DNA of 64,000 nucleotides, taken from assembly GCA_965249485.1 (NCBI GenBank), contig OZ252239.1:1344001-1408000 (forward strand), written 5' to 3'. The position numbers and the translations under genes are program-made. Every line of letters starts with the position of its first letter. Position 1 is the first letter of the stretch. This document shows positions 10,651 through 19,972 of this stretch, in pieces. The notes under the pieces were generated by a model. It did not search any database and was not told where the DNA came from. It saw nothing but the letters and a program-made list of their open reading frames with translations. Source of the stretch: a bacterium (GTDB taxonomy: Bacteria > SM23-31).

Positions 10651-10709
10651 CATGTTTTCAATGATAGACATAGCCATAATGAAGATAAACATGATTGCAG
10701 ATATTACTA

Positions 10710-11655
10710 CTATGCACGCTTTATGCCGTACTTTTTGATTTTAAGCCTGATATTACCGTCGGTCATTTTAAGCTTCTGTGATGCCTGAGTCTGATTCCAG
10801 CCCGAGTCCTGTAACGCTTTCCTTATAAAATACTCGTCGACCTGCGCCAGTGCAGCGTGATAATCGAGTTCATCAAGGACTGAAAGAGGATTTTTCGAAA
10901 TAATATAGGGGAACACTTCTGTTGATAGTTCACTTTGTGGGGACATCTCAAGCATTGATTTAATTACATTTCTGAGTTCGGTTGTATTACCGGACCAGTC
11001 ATAGACTATCATAGATTGAAAAAGCTCATCTGAGACAGATGGAATATCGTCAAGATTGAGATTGTCCACCAAGATTGAGATTGTCCACAATGTTTCTCAA
11101 ATAATAGTCAAATAAAAGTGGTATATCGCTTTTTCTCTTACGGAGGGGTGCTATTTCAATTTCAAATTGATTGATGAGAGAAAACAGATGGTGGTTAAAT
11201 ACCGCAGAATCTCTCAATCCCGGATTATCGATATCAGCAATAATCCGGACTCCTTGTGGTTTTTTTTGCGGTGAATATTCATACACCCGTTTTGTAACCG
11301 TGAGAAGATTAAAGAGCTGTATCTGCCGGTGAGGAGGCAGATGGTCTGCTTTTTTTAGAAAAAGTGTTCCCTGCCAGGCACTATTAAAGATATTCTGAAA
11401 TTGTTCTTCCGACCCATGTTCATCTTCAAGACTTAATTGAGAACAATCCAGATCAATGAACACATCGTGTTTTCGGAGGCTTTTTCGGTGAATCTCAAAA
11501 GCGGCGGAATCTTTTTCGGTACCTTGTTCACCATATAATGTAACATGGAGTTTGGTTGGGGCTATTTTGCGGATCCGTCTGCGGACATCACGCGTCAATG
11601 GATGATTGCCGATTATTTTATGTTCATCGCGTGTCATAAGGGTACTTTTGAACAA
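10710..11655 (-). pseudogene. NtrC/Fis-family AAA+ transcription regulator (degenerate enhancer-binding protein) split by a frameshift
   Basis: ORF 11050-11655 carries AAA+ motifs (GEQGTEKD, GTLFL, PLRKRKSDIPLL). ORF 10710-11090 carries WSGNTTELRNVI and a Fis HTH (GWNQTQASQKL). Both contain VDNLNL because of a 19-bp duplication. Confidence 0.85.
11051..11088. repeat. Perfect 19-bp tandem duplication CAAGATTGAGATTGTCCAC x2
   Basis: Copies at 11051-11069 and 11070-11088, read directly. Confidence 0.97.
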
Positions 11656-11754
11656 TAAGTTACGGATTCATTCGTATATTTCAAGTAAAAATGAAAATAT
11701 TATACGAAATTTAAATATTTTTATTTATTATTTGAGGAAAAATTCTCAAGTTTA

Positions 11755-12456
11755 TTGATGACATCAGCGATATCACAGAAATTGAATCGTGTCCGAAATG
11801 CGGTCATTGAATACATCTATCCCGATGTATGTTTTGTATGTAATAACTATGCGGAAATGGCTGCTATTTTAGTTTGTGGTAAATGCTGGGATAAGCTGTT
11901 GCGCAACAGTAAATATACAGTAACAGCCGGAGAAAAATACATTTCAGGTAAAAAACACTTCTCTTTTCTCGCCTGGAGGTTTTCATATAACGACAATGTC
12001 CGAAGACTCATTCATTTTTTTAAATTTGATAATTATCTGTTTCTGGCAGACCGAATCGGTGAAGAAATGGCGGATACCGCAAATCACATTCCTGGATTAC
12101 AGTTGGCAAACCTGATTGTTCCGGTACCTCTCCATCCTGCTCGTAAACGTGAACGTGGTTTCGATCAAAGCATGCTGCTTGCAGAGGTTGTTGCACGGAT
12201 TACAGAAATACCTCTTGAAGGAAGTCTGGAAAGAATAAAATATTCCCCTCCACAGGCCTCAATTAAAGAAAGCCGTGAGAAGGAAAGGAATGTCCGTGGA
12301 ATTATCAAAGAAAAACAAAATAATACCCTGAAAGGGAAGAGAGTCATACTCATCGATGATTTATTTACCACAGGTGCTACGGCGAATGAATGTAGCAAAA
12401 TACTAAAAAAAGCAGGCGCATCTGAAGTGATGGTTTTAACTGCAGCATATGCATAA
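11755..12456 (+). CDS. comF: ComF family protein (zinc ribbon plus phosphoribosyltransferase domain)
   Basis: CxxC...CxxC, VPVPLHPARKRERGFDQ, LIDDLFTTGAT. Confidence 0.93.
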   Translation: MMTSAISQKLNRVRNAVIEYIYPDVCFVCNNYAEMAAILVCGKCWDKLLRNSKYTVTAGEKYISGKKHFSFLAWRFSYNDNVRRLIHFFKFDNYLFLADRIGEEMADTANHIPGLQLANLIVPVPLHPARKRERGFDQSMLLAEVVARITEIPLEGSLERIKYSPPQASIKESREKERNVRGIIKEKQNNTLKGKRVILIDDLFTTGATANECSKILKKAGASEVMVLTAAYA

Positions 12457-12588
12457 TTGGATTAAAAATAGCAATCCTTAAATTTAGTGTTTTATAGTAC
12501 GAAATTACTATAAAACGCTATACATCGTAATAATTCAAATTGAATTAACTAGGATATGTGGAAATCTTGTAGTTAGAACAGGCAATGT

Positions 12589-12978
12589 TTAGGAATTTTC
12601 AGACTCTTTTGGTTCTTTGTGGGAAGCAAATTCTTCAATTTCTCTGATAAGATCGACGTTGCCAAGTGCACCTTCGTAGTTAAAAATTTCGCCTATGTGA
12701 ATATTGAAATCCTTCTGGTATAGGACCAAATCCTTCACCTGTTTCCGTGTGAGAACATTTAAATCAATAGCAATTTCACCAAATTTCTTGTTCGTATTTT
12801 CTTGCTGCTGGAGGATTTTCTGTACCTTTTGAGCCGTCAACATTTTCTGTTTTATTGCTAATTCTCCGATTTGTTTATTCGTTTCCTGCTGCACATGACG
12901 AGCAACCAGAATATCTTTTTCGGATACTAGGCCCTTCTTGCGCAGATACTCACCAAACAACATTGGTTTTCTCCCCAT
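12589..12978 (-). CDS. Small protein of four tandem MshEN-like motifs (possible c-di-GMP binder)
   Basis: LFGEYLRKKGLVS..Q, QIGELAIKQKMLT..Q, KFGEIAIDLNVLT..Q, HIGEIFNYEGALG resemble RLGxxLxxxGLIxxxxLxxxLxxQ. Confidence 0.7.
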   Translation of the reverse strand: MGRKPMLFGEYLRKKGLVSEKDILVARHVQQETNKQIGELAIKQKMLTAQKVQKILQQQENTNKKFGEIAIDLNVLTRKQVKDLVLYQKDFNIHIGEIFNYEGALGNVDLIREIEEFASHKEPKESENS

Positions 12979-13375
12979 AACAATCCAATCAAGGTTGAGT
13001 TATCTTTAATGTGTACTATACTCACATATGAGTAAGCATTGATGTATATAATAATAGAACGAAACGGAGAATTAGTCCGTTTTCATAAGATCAAATGTGT
13101 TGAGTAATTTATTAGGATGGTTGTCCTCGCCCAAACTTTGTTCAACAACAAAGGATTTGTAAAGAGGAAGACAGTTTCAAAGAAAGCAATATTTCTTTGA
13201 ATTGCAAGAATTATTTTACAGATTCAAGAAAATAATATGTTTCATGAAAAGATATACTTTTTTTCTTCTATTTTAATTTTATTTATTTATTTGTTTTATA
13301 TATTGACAACAGGCCAGTTTAGCCAGATATTACAACTTTTCAATTTTAATGTGGATGTTATACGAGTAATGCTTT

Positions 13376-13933
13376 ATGAAAAGAGAATTGACGAATAAAA
13401 GCAAAATTATATTTCTGACCGGATTTATGGGATCAGGAAAATCGACCATCGGCCCGCCGTTGGCAAAGGATTTAGGATTTGAATTTTTTGATATTGATAC
13501 AATTATCGAACAATCTGCCGGAAAGTCGATTCCCGAGATTTTCCAGCAAGAAGGCGAATCGTTTTTCAGGGTGCTTGAAAAACAGGTACTATCAGAGTGT
13601 GTTGATAAAGGTAATTGTGTTATTTCGCTTGGCGGGGGAACGCTGATTGATCCTGAGAATGTAGATATTGTAAAGCAAAGCGGATTGCTTATTTATCTTT
13701 CTACAAAGCCCAACAGCATCTGGGATAGGGTCAAAAAATCCAATATACGCCCGCTACTCCAAAAACCCGATGGCTCACTGCTCAGCGAAAGTGAAGCCCT
13801 TCATTTCATCGAACAACTACTTGCAATACGTCAAAAGGGATACAATAGTGCGGATGTTGCGATTCCTACTGATGATAAAAGTATTGACAATGTACTGCGA
13901 CAGCTTCACAACCATATTACAGACATAATGTAA
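13376..13933 (+). CDS. aroK: Shikimate kinase
   Basis: GFMGSGKST, GESFFR, SLGGG, RPLL. Confidence 0.96.
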   Translation: MKRELTNKSKIIFLTGFMGSGKSTIGPPLAKDLGFEFFDIDTIIEQSAGKSIPEIFQQEGESFFRVLEKQVLSECVDKGNCVISLGGGTLIDPENVDIVKQSGLLIYLSTKPNSIWDRVKKSNIRPLLQKPDGSLLSESEALHFIEQLLAIRQKGYNSADVAIPTDDKSIDNVLRQLHNHITDIM

Positions 13934-14129
13934 ACGGTATTATTCAATTCTTTTTATGGATTGATAGTACATTTTAGATAGATTGTTTATAGAGATATTC
14001 CTGCATTACACTAAATATTGGATTCAATTATAGTACTCTCTCAGAGTACTAACCTATCTATAAGATTGACTATTAGAGGTTCGTATGTACTTTCCATTCT
14101 TATAAGGCTGCAGAAAAGGCTGTTGCACT

Positions 14130-14419
14130 ATACCGCAATACAGGCTATTGATAATGCAGGACAGATTACCATTTCAACGTGGACTGAAAATGTATCTGTC
14201 TTCATCCGAATATCCGATAGTGGCAAAGGTATACCGCAGGATACTGTACCAATAATTTTCAATCCGGATTTTACACAATAAAGTGTCGGGGTCGGAATCG
14301 GTCTGGGACTTTTAATTGTTTACAATATAATTCAAAAACATAATGGTTCGATTCATTTTGAGAGCATTGTAGGGAAGGGAAGTGAATTTACTATTGCTCT
14401 ACCTTTTGAACCACGGTAA
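14130..14419 (+). pseudogene. Remnant of a histidine-kinase HATPase_c domain with an in-frame TAA
   Basis: AIQAI...ISDSGKGIP..IFNPDFTQ*SVGVGIGLGLLIVYNIIQKHNGSIHFESIVGKGSEFTIALP. TAA at 14279-14281. No upstream HisKA or sensor domain. Confidence 0.85.
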
Positions 14420-14427
14420 ATGAAGTG

Positions 14428-14465
14428 AAAAAAAGTGCCGGATTAGTATCTCTGGCACTTTTTTT
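14428..14465. terminator. Bidirectional intrinsic terminator
   Basis: aaaaaaagtgccgga / tctggcacttttttt inverted repeat between convergent genes. Confidence 0.85.
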
Positions 14466-14505
14466 AACTTTAGCACGTTCTGCATGAATTGAACAAGAAT
14501 TGTAC

Positions 14506-15699
14506 TTAGGAAAGTTTTTTAAGACCTTCCTCAAAACGGTCTAGTCCAACTTTCAGTTCCTCGGTTCCAAGAGCATACGAAATTCGTACATGATCGTCGT
14601 TTCCGAATGCCACGCCGGGAACAGGTGAAATGAGCATCTCTTCGAGCATATAAGAGCAAAATGAGAGTGAATCGGTAATCTCGTAATCTTTGTGTTTTGT
14701 TCCGTAATATTCGGAAACTTTCGGGAAAATATAAAATGCACCTTTCGGATTGAATGTCTCGATATTGGGCATTCCCGAAATTCTGTTAAACGCAATATCA
14801 CGCCTTTCTGTAAAGACTTCAAAAATATTGCTCAACTCTTCTTTCGTTTTTGAAAGAGCCGTGACACCCGCGTACTGTGAAATACTTGATGCATTTGATG
14901 TGGAATGACTCTGGTATCGTGCCATCGCTCTGATTACCTCTTTCGGTCCGCCTGCATAGCCGATCCGCCATCCGGTCATGGCAAACGCCTTCGATAATCC
15001 GTTGATTGTAATGGTAATATCTCTAAATGCAGGGTCGAGCGATGCAATTGCATGTGCCACTTCACCGTCATAGATAAGGTACTCATACAACTCATCGGAC
15101 AAGATCGTAACACCGTTATCCAAACAGATATTTCCAATTTCAATCAGCAGTTCCTTGCTATACACTGTACCAGTTGGATTCGACGGTGAATTTAGAAAAA
15201 GCAGCTTTGTCTTCTCAGTGATAGCTCTCTTAAGAGTTTCCGGATTAATCAAGAATAAATCGTCCAGCGTGGTATCGAGATAAACCGGCACACCGTCTGC
15301 AAGTTCGACCATAGGGGGATACGACACCCAGTATGGTGTAGGTATGATTGCTTCGTCGCCGGGATTCAGGAGTGCAAGAACAGCATTGAATATCACGTGT
15401 TTCCCTCCCGAACTGACAATAATCTCATCCATAGAATAGTCAAGGTTGTTATCCCGCTTAAATTTTTGATGTATTGCATTTTTAAGTTCGATCGTTCCGT
15501 CAGCGGCAGTATACCGTGTTTGATTTGTATCAATAGCTTCCTTTCCTGCATCTTTTATGAAATCCGGTGTCGGGAAATCGGGTTGTCCTGCAGCAAGAAC
15601 AATAACATCTTTACCATCTCGTTTCATTGATTCGGCAAGAGCAGTGATCTGCATTGTAACCGAACCTTTCATAGTCTTAACTCGATTTGATAACTCCAT
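14506..15699 (-). CDS. aspC: Class I PLP-dependent aminotransferase (aspartate aminotransferase-like)
   Basis: NSPSNPTG, SDELY, SKAFAMTGWRIGY. Confidence 0.9.
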   Translation of the reverse strand: MELSNRVKTMKGSVTMQITALAESMKRDGKDVIVLAAGQPDFPTPDFIKDAGKEAIDTNQTRYTAADGTIELKNAIHQKFKRDNNLDYSMDEIIVSSGGKHVIFNAVLALLNPGDEAIIPTPYWVSYPPMVELADGVPVYLDTTLDDLFLINPETLKRAITEKTKLLFLNSPSNPTGTVYSKELLIEIGNICLDNGVTILSDELYEYLIYDGEVAHAIASLDPAFRDITITINGLSKAFAMTGWRIGYAGGPKEVIRAMARYQSHSTSNASSISQYAGVTALSKTKEELSNIFEVFTERRDIAFNRISGMPNIETFNPKGAFYIFPKVSEYYGTKHKDYEITDSLSFCSYMLEEMLISPVPGVAFGNDDHVRISYALGTEELKVGLDRFEEGLKKLS

Positions 15700-15731
15700 A
15701 ATACTGTCTACCTTTCATTCAAAAATATCAA

Positions 15732-16214
15732 TTACATAGTACCAAATTTTTCTTTAAGGTGTTCTTCCACTAAGGGAGAGACAAAATTAGATACATCTCC
15801 TCCGAATCTTGCAATTTCACGAACAATTGTCGAGTTCAGATAGGTATACTTTTCATTCGGCATAAGAAAAACAGTAACGATTTCATCTTTCAGCCGCCTA
15901 TTCATAAGTGCCATCTGCATTTCATACTCAAAATCTGTTACGGCACGCAGCCCCCGAATGATTGCCTGTGCACGTTTTTGCTCCGCATAGTCAACAAGAA
16001 GACCTGAAAATGCGTCAACTTCAACATGATTAATTTTCTTTGTTATATCACTTATATGTTTGATCCGCTCATCAACCGAAAAAAAGGGTGTTTTCGTAAC
16101 ATTTTCAGCTACAGCGACTATTACTTTGCCGAATATGTCCGCTGCACGCTCAATAATATCAAGATGGCCGTAGGTAATCGGATCAAAAGATCCGGGATAA
16201 ATTGCTGTTGTCAC
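15732..16214 (-). CDS. coaD: Pantetheine-phosphate adenylyltransferase
   Basis: YPGSFDPITYGH, RGLRAVTDFEYE. Confidence 0.98.
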   Translation of the reverse strand: MTTAIYPGSFDPITYGHLDIIERAADIFGKVIVAVAENVTKTPFFSVDERIKHISDITKKINHVEVDAFSGLLVDYAEQKRAQAIIRGLRAVTDFEYEMQMALMNRRLKDEIVTVFLMPNEKYTYLNSTIVREIARFGGDVSNFVSPLVEEHLKEKFGTM

Positions 16215-16762
16215 AAGTTCCTTCTTTCAAAAATTGTGATACGCGTATCTCCAAAACGTTTTTCCTTCAGTGGTGCTAATGGTATCTCATCAATTGCAAC
16301 TGCACTATGTATCCCCGACTCAAGGATGAAAACACCGTTATCATCCAGCACTGTACTATTTGCAATTGCACGCATCAGTGAATCATGTTCGCCGTAATCA
16401 TACGGCGGATCAGCATGAATAATATGAAACCTGTATTTTTTTGGATGTCTGCGGCGAAGAAATATCAGAGCATCTTCCCTTACAATCTGAAATGACTGAT
16501 CGCAGCCGAGGGGCCGTAGATTGTTTCTTATGAGCTTACCTGTATTCGTGTCAACCAGAACTGCGAATTGGGATCCTCTGCTAACAGCTTCAATGCCCAT
16601 CACACCGGTTCCTGCAAATAGATCAAGAAAATGTGCTCCACTTATATATGGTTCAAGGAATTGAAATATCCACTCACGAGTTTTGTTAGTTGTTGGTCGG
16701 ATAGAGTACCGAGTTTTTCCCGAAACGTGAATTCCCTTAAATCGTCCTGCTTGCACTCTCAT
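16211..16762 (-). CDS. rsmD: 16S rRNA m2G966 methyltransferase
   Basis: IRPTT, LDLFAGTG, DPPY, adjacent to coaD. Confidence 0.93.
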   Translation of the reverse strand: MRVQAGRFKGIHVSGKTRYSIRPTTNKTREWIFQFLEPYISGAHFLDLFAGTGVMGIEAVSRGSQFAVLVDTNTGKLIRNNLRPLGCDQSFQIVREDALIFLRRRHPKKYRFHIIHADPPYDYGEHDSLMRAIANSTVLDDNGVFILESGIHSAVAIDEIPLAPLKEKRFGDTRITIFERRNL

Positions 16763-16769
16763 TACTTCG

Positions 16770-17663
16770 TCACATTAGTATCTCAAAATGGAAATTCAAA
16801 ACCGAAGATTCTCCGTTTAGGTTTCTATGCAAACCAGAACTTGAAATCTTTGTAATATTAAGGTTTAACCGTTTCGTCCGAATTGAATCCAGATAACGGA
16901 GAATATTTGTTTCAGTGCCCTGAAGTTTAATCCATATCGGTAGGAGGGATATATTATCACGGACGGTAGGTACTGTATTGCCGCGTTCGCTGATGGTTAC
17001 ATTACTCTCTTGAGATATGGCATTTAGAGCGGAAAGATTAGCGTCAGGTGTTGAATATGAATAGTCAGGTGATGGGGAAACATCTGTCATGCTCATATCG
17101 TTTTTTCTGTTCCCCCAGATTTGCAGGGTCGACTCCATCGGCCTGAAATCAAACGTATAGCCCGGTAATGCATTGGATATCGTAGACTGAAGCTCAACCA
17201 AAACATCCGCATCTACTTCTATTAATTCGGCAACAATTCCATTTCTGCTGATAACAATTATATTATAGTCAGTCGTTTGCGGAAGTGCATGTATTAGGGT
17301 GGTAAATGCTTCAATGTGCGTTATACTTAATCCATAATCCCATGGAAGTTCTACTGGTTTCGGCTCCGGTTCCTGTACTGGTTCTGGTTCCTGGATAATC
17401 GGTTGTTCCTGCTGGGTGGCTAACGGCCGCTCCGCAAGCGCTCTTTTTAAGCTGTCGAGACGTGCCTGCTGTGTATTAACTGAGGGAGCAGGCGAGGTAT
17501 ACATCATTCCGACAATTGTATCGCCAAAAATCCAAAACAGGCCCAGGAGTAAAACTGCGCTTCCGCCGAAAATCCCGGCTTTCGTTCGGCTGAGCTGACT
17601 CAGAATCGACGGACCTTCGGGCTTTGTTTTTGGTTTCTTTCCTAGAAGATTTATATCTATCAT
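16770..17663 (-). CDS. Bitopic membrane protein, possibly PilN/PilO-like
   Basis: Starts MIDINLL (PilN-type INLL), one TM helix, Pro/Glu linker, C-terminal LQGTETNILRYLDSI resembling a PilN/PilO fold. Directly follows the pilM-like gene. Confidence 0.5.
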   Translation of the reverse strand: MIDINLLGKKPKTKPEGPSILSQLSRTKAGIFGGSAVLLLGLFWIFGDTIVGMMYTSPAPSVNTQQARLDSLKRALAERPLATQQEQPIIQEPEPVQEPEPKPVELPWDYGLSITHIEAFTTLIHALPQTTDYNIIVISRNGIVAELIEVDADVLVELQSTISNALPGYTFDFRPMESTLQIWGNRKNDMSMTDVSPSPDYSYSTPDANLSALNAISQESNVTISERGNTVPTVRDNISLLPIWIKLQGTETNILRYLDSIRTKRLNLNITKISSSGLHRNLNGESSVLNFHFEILM

Positions 17664-17691
17664 ATTATGAAAATGTATGTGCTGTCATACG

Positions 17692-18639
17692 CTAATGTAC
17701 GGTCAATCCAAGCGCCTCTACATACTGCGAATTATCCGCCGAATAGTCTATCTGGTCATGAAGCTTTGGATCGAGTCTGACTTTTTCAAATGGGTTGAAG
17801 AGGGTGTATGTCTGTTCTGCGGATTCAATTATAGGTGTAATATCGTGCTTTGTGTTTGTCCGGTACAAATAAACATGGTCAAAGTCATTCTTATCGGTAC
17901 TAAGCTCATAGTCACTGAACAGCGTCTGCAAAGTAAGTGAAATAAGCTCTTGAACCGAATTAATAAAATCACTTTGAACAGAATTATCAAGGAATAGGTG
18001 ATGATGACCTATGAAAAAATTTCCCTCTAAAAGAGAGAATACAAGTTTCCGCTCTCCAATTTCAACGAGAGCAATTTTTTCACGAGGATGAAATTTGTAA
18101 TTCGCTTCGAATGCATTTACTGCCGAAAGAACATCAACATTGATAAACTCTAAATCCAATCCTGCATGTCTGCTCATTTCCTGAAAAAACGAGACCACTT
18201 TTTTTCGTGTTCCGACAAGCACTAATTCGGGATATTTTACGGAAGGAGATTTGATAAGCTTATACGAATCGAAGGTATAATTTTCGATATCATCATCGAT
18301 GTATTGTTGTAGTTCCCAAGCAAGATGATCAATTAATTCCTTATCTGACAACTCCTTGCTAAAGGGTATTTTAACAATATTTCCAATTCCGAGATCTACT
18401 GAAAGGGCGAGTTTTTTTGTGCTGATGTCATTAAGACTGATTATCTCTTTCAGCTCAGAGCCAATCATCTCCGCACCAGAATCCTGGGTAAACATATCGA
18501 TGCTGAACGAAAGGTCGCTTGATACATCAAGCAGCTCAGTAACTTTGAAATTCTTGGCAGCCTCTTCTGTTTCGATCAGATAGAGATCTTCAGATCCAAA
18601 ACTCAATCCGAGATTGCGGTTCTTACTTATCTTCGCCAT
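17692..18639 (-). CDS. PilM-like (actin-like) type IV pilus assembly protein
   Basis: LGLSFG, WELQQYI, AGLDLEFINVDVLSA, ALVEIG, FNPFEK, EALGL follow the PilM motif order. Confidence 0.7.
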   Translation of the reverse strand: MAKISKNRNLGLSFGSEDLYLIETEEAAKNFKVTELLDVSSDLSFSIDMFTQDSGAEMIGSELKEIISLNDISTKKLALSVDLGIGNIVKIPFSKELSDKELIDHLAWELQQYIDDDIENYTFDSYKLIKSPSVKYPELVLVGTRKKVVSFFQEMSRHAGLDLEFINVDVLSAVNAFEANYKFHPREKIALVEIGERKLVFSLLEGNFFIGHHHLFLDNSVQSDFINSVQELISLTLQTLFSDYELSTDKNDFDHVYLYRTNTKHDITPIIESAEQTYTLFNPFEKVRLDPKLHDQIDYSADNSQYVEALGLTVH

Positions 18640-18645
18640 GAATAA

Positions 18646-19200
18646 TTACCAGGATGTTTCATTTCTCTGGTTTATCCACCCATGATTGCTGGTATTTTTT
18701 GTAAAGACTATGTATAGCGTTTGCGCTTTGGGCTCAGTCGGGCATGAGACGTTGAAACCTTTCGGAGCATCTTCACGTTGTTCTTTATCCTCTAAAGGAG
18801 TAATTACATAGGGATCATCTGTAGCAGGGCAAGTTAGCAAGGAACTGAGTGATAGGTCCATCTGATGGTATTCGTAAGTTGGTGAATTGACTTTTACACG
18901 GTTTGCAAAGTCCTGACTGCTATTTAAATTAATCATAGAATCGACTTCGACACTATATCGTTCATTTTCCAGAGTAAATTGTATTAGCTGTTCCAAGCTG
19001 TCGGCATAGACATCGTTAATTCGGAAAAACTGATCCTGTGCTTCAACAATCATTGCCATACTGAATCGGCATGAATCCTGTTCATATGACTCTTCTTCCC
19101 AAATCTTTCCGGGTTTGTAGATAGAATAAGCGAGTACTATAATCAGTAATCCAATAATTATTTTCAGAAAAATAGTTCCTTTAGCCTTAGGATAAGCCAT
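18646..19200 (-). CDS. Hypothetical membrane-anchored protein, pilin-like topology
   Basis: Basic leader ending KG, hydrophobic helix, amphipathic helix (AMIVEAQDQFFRINDVYADSL), CP...CP Cys pair. Lacks canonical F+1/E+5. Confidence 0.45.
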   Translation of the reverse strand: MAYPKAKGTIFLKIIIGLLIIVLAYSIYKPGKIWEEESYEQDSCRFSMAMIVEAQDQFFRINDVYADSLEQLIQFTLENERYSVEVDSMINLNSSQDFANRVKVNSPTYEYHQMDLSLSSLLTCPATDDPYVITPLEDKEQREDAPKGFNVSCPTEPKAQTLYIVFTKNTSNHGWINQRNETSW

Positions 19201-19507
19201 TACTCCTCCATTACATAATCAGCACGAAATAGTAAGCGTTTTGTCATACGTGGGCAAACCGAATATTACCGGTTGTAACAGTGTTTTCCAGAGAACTCTT
19301 AATAATGATATGTATCAGCACAATCTTCTGTTACTAATTTCTGTTTGAGTATATTTTCGTATAAAACCGTTATAATAGCAGTTAAAGCTGAGAGATAAAT
19401 CCCCTCACTTCAACCTAAAATACTGTGTATATCCGGTGTGATTACAATACTAGTTGTACTAGTCAGAAATTGACAACTTAGTTACTTAATACATAAAAGT
19501 CAAGCAG

Positions 19508-19535
19508 GAATTTGCACAGTGGAGAGTGCAAATTC
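19508..19535 (-). terminator. Hairpin immediately after comEA
   Basis: gaatttgcac-N8-gtgcaaattc, perfect 10-bp inverted repeat. No clear U-tract. Confidence 0.45.
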
Positions 19536-19972
19536 TATTTGTTCAATCCATCAATATATTGTTGTATTACCTCTAATTTTTTCCGGCCGATTCCAGAAAC
19601 GGAAAGGAGCGCCTCAAAATTGTTCAACGGGCCGTTCTGCGCGCGAAAATCAAGAATTCTTTGAGCAAGTGCATTGCCGATCCCCGGTAACTTAACAAGT
19701 TCTTCTTTTGTAATTGTGTTGACCGTTGGCATGATTTTTTCGGTTTCTGGCGTCTGTTCAAGATGTGTGGTACTTCGCAAGAAAAAAAGGCTGTCTTCGC
19801 GCGAATAGTCAAATATAACTGCAGAATGTTCTGGTGCGGAATGAGAAGAGTAGAAGTTCAAGACTGCGCCAGTAAGGATTGCCGCAAAGAGGATGAGTAT
19901 AACAATTCGCTCACGGGGGTTAAAACTGAAATTTTTAATTAGTGAAGTCTTTAATTTTCCTAAAGATTCCAT
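19535..19972 (-). CDS. comEA: ComEA family helix-hairpin-helix DNA-binding protein (start uncertain)
   Basis: N-terminal TM helix, then VNTITKEELVKLPGIGNALAQRI and VSGIGRKKL HhH motifs. Confidence 0.85.
   Translation of the reverse strand: MESLGKLKTSLIKNFSFNPRERIVILILFAAILTGAVLNFYSSHSAPEHSAVIFDYSREDSLFFLRSTTHLEQTPETEKIMPTVNTITKEELVKLPGIGNALAQRILDFRAQNGPLNNFEALLSVSGIGRKKLEVIQQYIDGLNK

Noticed and set aside
13124..13168. c-di-GMP-I riboswitch
   Set aside because: The resemblance (CAAAC-stem-GGA) is on the strand opposite the MshEN-like gene, and the GNRA loop and GACGCAAA consensus are missing.
14018..14281. 87-aa ORF as an intact gene
   Set aside because: Its first half is non-homologous filler, and the kinase similarity continues past the stop, so it is treated as a pseudogene fragment.
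19508..19535. CIRCE operator (TTTGCAC...GAGTGCAAA)
   Set aside because: The spacer is too short for TTAGCACTC-N9-GAGTGCTAA, and it lies at the 3' end of the operon.
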